A DNA stretch of 32,000 nucleotides from Methylorubrum extorquens (GTDB lineage Bacteria; Pseudomonadota; Alphaproteobacteria; Rhizobiales; Beijerinckiaceae), in the NCBI GenBank assembly GCA_900234795.1, contig LT962688.1:3750001-3782000 (forward strand). The letters are read 5' to 3'. The translations under genes and the position numbers were made by a program. How positions within the stretch are numbered: position 1 is the stretch's first letter; the number at the start of each line of letters is the position of its first letter. This document shows, in pieces, positions 7,062 to 13,783 of this stretch. Under the pieces are notes generated by a model, which was not told the DNA's origin, ran no database searches, and was given only the letters and a program-made list of their open reading frames with translations.

Positions 7062-10000
7062 TCACTCCGCCGCTCGCGGGAGGGGCGGTGGGTGGGCGCC
7101 GGCCGAAGCATCCTCGGGCTTGCGCGCGGGGCTCGCGACCGCCTGCCTACCGAAGCGCGCGTAGAGGGCCGGCAACACGATGAGCGTGAGCAGCGTCGCG
7201 CTAATCAGGCCGCCGATAACCACCGTGGCGAGCGGCCTCTGGACCTCCGCGCCCGTGCCGGTCGCGAGCGCCATCGGGACGAACCCGAGCGACGCGACGA
7301 GGGCAGTCATCACCACCGGACGCAGACGGGTGCTCGCGCCCTCCAGCACCGCCTCGCGCAGCGGTCGGCCCTCCTGCATCAACTGCTTGACGTAGCTCAG
7401 CATCACCAGCCCGTTCAGGACTGCCACCCCCGACAGAGCGATGAAGCCCACGGCCGCGGTGACCGAGAACGGCATGCCGCGCAGCCACAGGGCCGCGATG
7501 CCGCCCGTGAGCGCGAGCGGCACGGCGCTGAACACCAGGAGCGCCTCGCGGGGCGAGCCGAGCGCCGAGTAGAGCAGCAGGAAGATCAGGAAGAAGCAGC
7601 CCGGCACCACCACCATCAGGCGTTGGCGCGCCGCGGCCAGGTTCTCGAACGCGCCGCCCCAGGTCACCCAGGAGCCGGCCGGCAGCTTGACTTCCGTCTC
7701 GACCTTGAGCTGGGCCTCCGCCACCACGGAGGCGATGTCGCGTCCTCGGACGTTGGCGGTGACGACAACCCGACGCTTGCCGTTCTCACGGCTGATCTGG
7801 TTCGGTCCCTCCGCGAACACGAAGGACGCGACCTGCTTCAGGGGCACCGAGGCGAAGCGCCCGTTTGCCGTCGGGGGCAGTGAGACCGGTAGGTTCTTCA
7901 GCGCCTCGATGTCGTCTCGCACGGTCTCGGGCAGGCGGACCACGATGTGGAAGCGCCGGTCACCCTCGAACACGACCCCGGCCTCGCGACCGCCGATGGC
8001 AGCCCCGATGACGTCCTGAACCGCGAAGTGGCTCAGCCCCAACCGGGCGATCTCGCCCTTGTCGACCTTGATCTCCAGGGATGGCAGGCCGGTGACCTGC
8101 TCGACCTTGACGTCCTGAGCTCCCTCGACGCTGCGCAGGATGCCGGCGATCCGGTTCGCGGCCGGCAGCATCGCCTCGAAGCTCTCGCCGAACACCTTGA
8201 CGGCAAGGTCGCCGCGGGTGCCGGCCAGGAGCTCGTTGAAGCGCATTTGGATGGGCTGGGTGAACTCGTAGTTGTTGCCCGGAACCTTGTTCACTGCGGC
8301 CTGAATCTGTTCGATGAGCTCATCTTTCGACAGGTGCGGGTCGGGCCACTCGGCCTGTGGCTTGAGCATGATGAAGGTGTCGGAGACGTTCACCGGCATC
8401 GGGTCGGAGGCGATCTCCGCGGTGCCGGTCTTGGCGAACACAAAGGCCACCTGCGGGAAGGCGGAGACCGCCTTCTCGACGGCGAGCTGCATGTCCTGCG
8501 ACTGGGTCAGCGAGGTCGAGGGGATGCGCATCGCGTGCATGGCGATGTTCTTCTCGTCGAGCTGAGGCATGAACTCCTGCCCCAGCCGCCCGAACAGGAT
8601 GCCACTCGCCAGGAACAGCAGGACTGCCGCGCCGATGACCGGTCCCGGCCGGCGCACCGCGCCGGCCAGCAGCGGGCGGTAGGCCCGCTTGAGGCCGCGG
8701 ATCAGGACGTTCTCCTTCTCCTGCACCTTGCCGGTGATGACTATGGCGATGAGAGCAGGCACGAAGGTGAGGGATAAGACGAAGGCGCAGGCCAGCGCGA
8801 TGATCACGGTCAGCGCCATCGGCTCGAACATCTTGCCCTCGACGCCCGTGAAGGTGAGGAGCGGCACGTAGACGAGGATGATGATGGCTTGCCCGTAGAC
8901 GGAGGGCTTGATCATCTCCTCGGCCGAGGCCTGAACGGTGGCGAGGCGCTCCTCCAGGGTTAGGGGACGCCCCGCCTCCGTCTGCCGCTCGGCCAGGTGG
9001 CGCAGCGCGTTCTCGGTGATGATGACCGCCCCATCGACGATGAGGCCGAAGTCCAGCGCCCCGAGGCTCATCAGGTTGGCCGAGATCTTCCCCTGGACCA
9101 TGCCGGTCATGGTCATCAGCATCGCCACCGGGATCACCAGGGCCGTGATGATGGCGGCCCGGATGTTGCCGAGCAGTAGGAAGAGCACGGCTATGACCAG
9201 CAGGGCGCCCTCGGCGAGGTTCTTGGAGACCGTCTTCACGGTAGCGTCGACCAGCGCAGTCCGGTTGAGGACCGTCCGCACCTCGACGTTCGGCGGCAGC
9301 GACTTGGACACCTCCTTCAGGCGCGCGTCGACCGCCGCGGACACGGTGCGGCTGTTTCCGCCAATGAGCATCAGGGCAGTGCCGACGACGGCTTCCTCGC
9401 CGTCCTCGCTCGCCGAGCCCGTGCGCAGCTCGCGCCCGATCCGGACCTCGGCCACGTCGGAGATCCGCACCGGCACGCCGCCGCGAGTGGCGACGACGAT
9501 GCGTCCGATCTCGTCCATTCCCTCGATCCGGCCGGCCGAGCGCACGACGACGCCCTCGCCGCTGCGCTCGAGGTAGCCGGCGCCCCGGTTCTGGTTGTTC
9601 TGCTCGACGGCCTCGGCGACGTCCTTGAATGAGAGCCCGAGGGCGATGAGCTTCGCCGGATCAGGCTGCACGTGGTACTGCTTCTCGTAGCCGCCGATGA
9701 CGTCGACACCGGCCACGCCCGGCACCGTCTTGAGTTGCGGACCGACGATCCAGTCTTGCACGGTCCGCAGGTAGGCCGCCTGCTCGAACCCGGGCCTCAG
9801 CCGCTGGCCTTCCGGCGTCAGGTAGGTGCCGTCGGACTGGAAGCCGGGCTGGCCGTCGCGCACGGTACCGGGCGCCGGCTTCGTGAAGTGGACGGTCCAC
9901 ATGTAGATCTCGCCAAGGCCCGTCGAGATCGGGCCCATCCGGACCTCGGCGCCCGGGGGCAGGTCGTCCTTCACTTGGCTTAGGCGCTCGCTCACCTGCT

Positions 10001-10322
10001 GGCGGGCGAAGTAGACGTTCGTCGCCTCGCTGAAGACGGCGGTGACCTGGGAGAAGCCGTTGCGCGAGAGGGAGCGGGTGTATTCCAGGCCCGGGATGCC
10101 GGCCAGCGCCGTCTCCATCGGGTAGGTGACCTGCTTCTCGACATCGAAGGGCGAGAGCTGCGGCACCACCGCGTTCACCTGGACCTGGTTGTTGGTGATG
10201 TCCGGGACCGCGTCGATGGGCAGCTTGGTCAGCGAGAAGACGCCCAACGCCGCCGCGAGCAGCGACAGCAGCAGCACCAGCCAACGCTGCCGGACAGAGA
10301 AGGCGAGGATTGCGTGGATCAT
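7062..10322 (-). CDS. czcA: Heavy-metal efflux RND permease, CzcA type (divalent cation class)
   Basis: 1086 aa. The N-terminus LPIDAVPDITNNQVQVN, ISTGLGEIYMW, the TM4 signature LDFGLIVDGAVIITEN and C-terminal GTGAEVQRPLATVVIGGL all follow the C. metallidurans CzcA sequence as I recall it. Confidence 0.95.
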   Translation of the reverse strand: MIHAILAFSVRQRWLVLLLSLLAAALGVFSLTKLPIDAVPDITNNQVQVNAVVPQLSPFDVEKQVTYPMETALAGIPGLEYTRSLSRNGFSQVTAVFSEATNVYFARQQVSERLSQVKDDLPPGAEVRMGPISTGLGEIYMWTVHFTKPAPGTVRDGQPGFQSDGTYLTPEGQRLRPGFEQAAYLRTVQDWIVGPQLKTVPGVAGVDVIGGYEKQYHVQPDPAKLIALGLSFKDVAEAVEQNNQNRGAGYLERSGEGVVVRSAGRIEGMDEIGRIVVATRGGVPVRISDVAEVRIGRELRTGSASEDGEEAVVGTALMLIGGNSRTVSAAVDARLKEVSKSLPPNVEVRTVLNRTALVDATVKTVSKNLAEGALLVIAVLFLLLGNIRAAIITALVIPVAMLMTMTGMVQGKISANLMSLGALDFGLIVDGAVIITENALRHLAERQTEAGRPLTLEERLATVQASAEEMIKPSVYGQAIIILVYVPLLTFTGVEGKMFEPMALTVIIALACAFVLSLTFVPALIAIVITGKVQEKENVLIRGLKRAYRPLLAGAVRRPGPVIGAAVLLFLASGILFGRLGQEFMPQLDEKNIAMHAMRIPSTSLTQSQDMQLAVEKAVSAFPQVAFVFAKTGTAEIASDPMPVNVSDTFIMLKPQAEWPDPHLSKDELIEQIQAAVNKVPGNNYEFTQPIQMRFNELLAGTRGDLAVKVFGESFEAMLPAANRIAGILRSVEGAQDVKVEQVTGLPSLEIKVDKGEIARLGLSHFAVQDVIGAAIGGREAGVVFEGDRRFHIVVRLPETVRDDIEALKNLPVSLPPTANGRFASVPLKQVASFVFAEGPNQISRENGKRRVVVTANVRGRDIASVVAEAQLKVETEVKLPAGSWVTWGGAFENLAAARQRLMVVVPGCFFLIFLLLYSALGSPREALLVFSAVPLALTGGIAALWLRGMPFSVTAAVGFIALSGVAVLNGLVMLSYVKQLMQEGRPLREAVLEGASTRLRPVVMTALVASLGFVPMALATGTGAEVQRPLATVVIGGLISATLLTLIVLPALYARFGRQAVASPARKPEDASAGAHPPPLPRAAE

Positions 10323-10333
10323 GGCGGCGCTCC

Positions 10334-11677
10334 TCAGTGCTCGTGCTCTGCTTCGGCCTTGCCGAGCTCGGCCTTGAGGACAAACGCGTTCGTGACAGCG
10401 ACCTCTTCCCCTGCGTCCAGCCCGAAGACGACCTCGACGGCCTCGGCGTCACCCTTGCCGGTCACCACCTCGCGCTTCTCGAAGCCGTCCTTGGTGCGCA
10501 CGAAGACGACCTGCTCGCCCTCGACGTTTTGCAGGGCGGAGCGGGGCAGGCGCAGGGACACCGATTCCTGCTCGACCGCGACCTGCACGGTGGCGTAGGA
10601 GCCTGGCCGCCAGGCCATGCTCTCGTTCTTCACGGACGCGATGACCTTGGCGGAGCGCGTCTGGGCGTCCAGCATCGGGCTGACGAAGACGATCTTGCCC
10701 GTCGTCGTGGCCTTGTCGTCGCCCGTGCCGAGCGTGACCGCCTGGCCCTCCTTGATCGCGCTGAGATCGCCGGTCGGGACCGCGAGCTCGACCCAGACCC
10801 AGGACAGGTCCGCGATGGTGTAGATCTCCTTCTCCTGGCCCTCGTCGTTGACGGGCGCGCCGACATCGACGCGCCGCTCGATGACCCGGCCGGAGATGGG
10901 TGCGCGGAGCTCATAGCGCTGGAGCCCGAGCATCGGCGCCCGGTCGAGCCCCGCCATGTGCTCGTCCTCGACCGAGACGAACTTCTTCGTTGGGTTCGGG
11001 GCCTCGGCGAGCTTGGCGACCTCCGCGTCAGGCACGCCCAGCGCCGAGAGCTTCTGGCGCGCGAGGTCGACCTTCAGGCGCGCCTCGATCAGAGCGGTAC
11101 GGGCCTTGAGGAAGACCTGCTCGGCCGAGATGCCCTTGTCCCGGAGCGTATGGTCGCGCTCGAACAGGGTCTCCTGCAACTCGCGTCCGACATGGGCCGC
11201 GATGTAATCGTTCTTGGCGTCGGCCACCTCGCGGCTGTCGAGCACGGCCACGACCTCACCCTTCTCGACGGTGTCGCCCAGGCGCTTTCTCAGTTCGGCG
11301 ACGGTACCAATGACCTTGGCGGCGACCCGAGCCACCCGCTCGGCGTCCGGCGCAACCGTGCCGGGCACGGTGAGCTTGCGGGAGAGAATACCCTTGTCGA
11401 CCGGCGCGACCGTTATCTTGGCGGCGGTGATCTGCTCGGGCGTAAGCGTGACGACGCCCTCGGGCCCCTCCTTCTCCCCTTCGCCGTGGGCGTGCCCTCC
11501 GTGGGAGTGGCCGCCGTGCGAGTGGCCGGCATGGCCGCCTTCGGTCCTGGGCTTGGCGGGAGCGTCGAGGCCGGTCGCGGCCCAGAGCGCCTTGGTGCCG
11601 TCGGACACCTCCGGAACGAGGGCGCCCACGGCGACCCCGGCAGCGAGCACGGCCGGAAGGGCAAGGAAACGGAACAT
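10334..11677 (-). CDS. czcB: RND periplasmic adaptor (membrane fusion protein), CzcB-like, with His-rich N-terminal stretch
   Basis: Start taken at ATG 11677 (SD GGAGGA, signal/anchor MFRFLALPAVLAAGVAVGAL). Contains GGHAGHSHGGHSHGGHAHGEGE, then coiled-coil and beta-barrel adaptor-like sequence. Stop is 11 nt before czcA. Confidence 0.9.
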   Translation of the reverse strand: MFRFLALPAVLAAGVAVGALVPEVSDGTKALWAATGLDAPAKPRTEGGHAGHSHGGHSHGGHAHGEGEKEGPEGVVTLTPEQITAAKITVAPVDKGILSRKLTVPGTVAPDAERVARVAAKVIGTVAELRKRLGDTVEKGEVVAVLDSREVADAKNDYIAAHVGRELQETLFERDHTLRDKGISAEQVFLKARTALIEARLKVDLARQKLSALGVPDAEVAKLAEAPNPTKKFVSVEDEHMAGLDRAPMLGLQRYELRAPISGRVIERRVDVGAPVNDEGQEKEIYTIADLSWVWVELAVPTGDLSAIKEGQAVTLGTGDDKATTTGKIVFVSPMLDAQTRSAKVIASVKNESMAWRPGSYATVQVAVEQESVSLRLPRSALQNVEGEQVVFVRTKDGFEKREVVTGKGDAEAVEVVFGLDAGEEVAVTNAFVLKAELGKAEAEHEH

Positions 11678-11797
11678 GGAAAAATCCTCCGGACCGCATC
11701 TGGGCGGCCGCGGGTCACGTCGGATCTCGATTAGGACGTGACCGCGCATGCAAACGGGGGCAGGCGACCGCCTCGGTGGCGGACGTGCGGGGACCGT

Positions 11798-12184
11798 TCA
11801 GGCGCGAGGGGGTTTGCGCGGTGGCGCGGTGGCGCGGGCGGTCACGGCCGCCTCGCCAACGATGAAGGGCACCTCGTCGGTGACCCGGACCGGTACGAGC
11901 ATGCCGCCGGCGTCCGCGATGACCACCTGATGGCAGGCGCAGCTCGCGCAATGGTGGGCCGGCCCTCGGTCGGGCGACACATCGTCGGTCGCCGGCTGGC
12001 CCATTTCCAAGGAGAGGTGGGACACGGAATGGTGCGGCCCGGGCTCGTGCGCATGGGCGTCGGCCATCGGGACTGCCAGGACCAGGATGAGGAGCAGCGC
12101 GACCAGGCGTGCGGCCAGCCGCCACCATGAGGCAGCCGCGGTACGGGCCTCCTTCGGTGATGGACTGGTCGTCGCGTGGGTCAC
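11798..12184 (-). CDS. Small membrane-anchored His/Cys protein with C-terminal PPRKPPRA tail (unassigned family)
   Basis: GTG start with SD GGAGAA 9 nt upstream. TM segment WWRLAARLVALLLILVLAVPMA, then DAHAHEPGPHHSVSH, HHCASCACH and the tail APPRKPPRA. Lies directly upstream of czcB. Two analogous ORFs precede the other RND modules. Confidence 0.6.
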   Translation of the reverse strand: MTHATTSPSPKEARTAAASWWRLAARLVALLLILVLAVPMADAHAHEPGPHHSVSHLSLEMGQPATDDVSPDRGPAHHCASCACHQVVIADAGGMLVPVRVTDEVPFIVGEAAVTARATAPPRKPPRA

Positions 12185-12278
12185 GTGCGCGGGTTCTCCT
12201 TACCGGCTGGCGTCGAGGCTGTAGCGACCCTTGCCGGCCTCGCCCGCAGGCGTCTTCAGGGTGACAGTCGCGCGAATC

Positions 12279-12611
12279 TTAACCCTCGACGGGAAAATCG
12301 ATCTTACCCGAGAGGCGGTTATCGCCGGAAGGCGTCAAGTCGACCGTTCTCTGCTCGTTGCCCTTGGCGAGCACGACCGCGCTGGCCGAGAACTTGGCGG
12401 CGTCGACCTTACGCTCCTGCTCGTCGACGAGATGCAGGGTCATCTCGGAGCCCTTCACCACGAGCTCGGCCTCGTAGGCACCGATCTGCTTGAGCTGGCC
12501 ACCGTTGGGTGGGGCATGGGAATGGTCGTCCCCCGGCGCTGCCGCCACCAAGGCAGGGAATGCCAGGGCCACGAGCCCCGCCGCCAGGACCATGTTGCGT
12601 AGCGTCGCCAT
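12279..12611 (-). CDS. Small periplasmic beta-sandwich-like metal-operon protein, probably 3'-frameshifted
   Basis: Signal peptide MATLRNMVLAAGLVALAFPALVAAA|P, then HSHAPPNGGQLKQIGAYEAELVVKGSEMTLHLVDEQ...GDNRLSGK, which aligns with ORF 30154..30519. It stops at 12279, but another frame continues to a TAA at 12200 (see findings). Confidence 0.6.
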   Translation of the reverse strand: MATLRNMVLAAGLVALAFPALVAAAPGDDHSHAPPNGGQLKQIGAYEAELVVKGSEMTLHLVDEQERKVDAAKFSASAVVLAKGNEQRTVDLTPSGDNRLSGKIDFPVEG

Positions 12612-12647
12612 GTCGTCCGTCCCGTTCCGCTTGCCGCCGGGGAGATG

Positions 12648-12678
12648 GCCTTACATCCTCTAGCCGCTAGAGGAGCAA
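12648..12678 (-). promoter_or_regulatory. MerR-type promoter/operator (19-bp spacer) for the czc-like operon
   Basis: Minus strand reads TTGCTC-CTCTAGCGGCTAGAGGATG-TAAGGC. It contains a perfect 7-3-7 palindrome CCTCTAG-CGG-CTAGAGG (12657-12673) and is nearly identical to 13724-13754. Confidence 0.6.
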
Positions 12679-12900
12679 GTGGCTTTTTCCGTCCACCGGC
12701 ACATCCTCCCACGCTCATGATGAACGCTGGATGATGTCGCCTCCTGCGGAGGGCAGCCCTGCCTCAACAGGAGGCGAGAAATGAAAGATCGCGGGCCCAC
12801 TTACGGCGTGCCCGGCAGGGCTTTTCGTCTCCGAGCCGCTTCCCTCTATAATGGCCAAGCTTAAATCCCAGTCAGCACGTTCGAATCTGGAGATTAATCC

Positions 12901-12926
12901 GGATCTGTTTTGCCGGCTCTTGCGTT
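12901..12926 (+). promoter_or_regulatory. Putative ECF-like promoter GGATC-N17-CGTT
   Basis: GGATC 12901-12905, 17-nt spacer, CGTT 12923-12926, 32 nt before the ATG at 12958. Same architecture as 5492-5517. Confidence 0.4.
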
Positions 12927-12957
12927 TGAGGCCCATTCTCGAACACGGGAGACACAA

Positions 12958-13200
12958 ATGAAGCTCACCATTGCAGCCTTGGCCGCCTCCGCCGCCCTGG
13001 CCCTCGCCCCGGTCGGCGCGCTCGCCCAGCACGTTGACGTCGGGCCCGGCGGCGTGTCCGTGCACGGCGACCGCCACCATCACGACGTCGAGCACACGCA
13101 TTCGACGGTCGAGGAGCATCACCACGACCGACCGGTCGTGCACGACCACCACGACGACCATCACGAGCACACCACGGTCATCGAGAAGCACGGCCACTGA
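12958..13200 (+). CDS. Small exported His-rich protein (80 aa), paralogue of 5554..5796
   Basis: Signal peptide MKLTIAALAASAALALAPVGALA|Q. Mature part HVDVGPGGVSVHGDRHHHDVEHTHSTVEEHHHDRPVVHDHHDDHHEHTTVIEKHGH. Same length as its paralogue and shares the blocks ALAQH(I/V)DVGPGGVSVHG, DHHDDHH and EKH-H. Confidence 0.8.
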   Translation: MKLTIAALAASAALALAPVGALAQHVDVGPGGVSVHGDRHHHDVEHTHSTVEEHHHDRPVVHDHHDDHHEHTTVIEKHGH

Positions 13201-13295
13201 GCGCCGGAAGGTTAAGACAGGAGTTGGGGCGGAGATTGCGACCTCTGCCCTGCCCCCTGCGTCTTGGAAATCCGGGCACGGAGAGCTTTCCTGGC

Positions 13296-13718
13296 CTAGT
13301 GGTGCTCGTGCAGGCATTCGCCGTGGTCGGCAAGCACCTCGATGATGCGGCATTCCCGGACGTGGCTGCCCGAGCATTGCTCGACCATGGCCTGGACTTC
13401 GTCCCTCAAGCCGGTCAGCCGCGCGATCCGGTCGTCGATGTCTGCGAGGTGCTTGCGGGCAATGGCGTCCGCCTGGCTGCAGGGGCGGTCGGGATGTCCG
13501 GCTAGATCGAGCAGGGCGCGGATGTCCTCGATCTCGAAGCCGAGCTCGCGGGCGTGCCGGATGAACCGGAGCTTCCGGACGTCGGCTTCGCCGTAGGTGC
13601 GGCGGTTGCCCTCCGTGCGCTCTGGGGTCGGCAGCAATCCCCGCGCCTCGTAGAACCGGATCGTAGGGACCTTCACCGCGGCGCGGCGCGACAACTCCCC
13701 GATGGCAATGGGCTTCAT
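13296..13718 (-). CDS. MerR-family metal-responsive regulator, divalent-cation (ZntR/CadR/PbrR-like) type
   Basis: Start at ATG 13718 gives MKPIAIGELSRRAAVKVPTIRFYEARGLLP (MerR wHTH). Has a dimerisation helix and Cys80, Cys115-x7-Cys123, plus a C-terminal ECLHEHH. Divergent from the ATPase. Confidence 0.9.
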   Translation of the reverse strand: MKPIAIGELSRRAAVKVPTIRFYEARGLLPTPERTEGNRRTYGEADVRKLRFIRHARELGFEIEDIRALLDLAGHPDRPCSQADAIARKHLADIDDRIARLTGLRDEVQAMVEQCSGSHVRECRIIEVLADHGECLHEHH

Positions 13719-13723
13719 CCCGC

Positions 13724-13754
13724 TTGCTCCTCTAGTTGCTGGAGGAAGTAGGAT
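13724..13754 (+). promoter_or_regulatory. MerR-type promoter/operator (19-bp spacer) for the P-type ATPase
   Basis: TTGCTC (13724-29), 19-nt spacer containing the dyad CCTCTAG-TTG-CTGGAGG (13729-13745), and -10 TAGGAT (13749-54). Confidence 0.65.
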
Positions 13755-13783
13755 CTCTCCGAGAGATGCGGAAGGCACCAGCC

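Noticed and set aside
10310-11734. 474-aa plus-strand ORF, together with similar ORFs at 7035..7883, 7947..8777, 20370..21227, 21351..22526 and 3082..4197
   Set aside because: All lie antisense or out of frame within confidently identified genes (czcB, czcA, cusA, the BtuF-like gene). They are high-GC shadow ORFs.
12749-12761. The 13-mer gagggcagccctg is shared with the terminator hairpin at 5833..5845
   Set aside because: It is too short and too G+C-rich to distinguish a repeat-element remnant from chance in this composition. No extended similarity flanks it.
12781-12864. 27-aa ORF (MKDRGPTYGVPGRAFRLRAASLYNGQA) with AGGAGG 6 nt upstream
   Set aside because: Many third positions are A/T, which is atypical for coding DNA here. 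The apparent SD is the right arm of the gcctcctg...caggaggc hairpin. It was judged a chance ORF.
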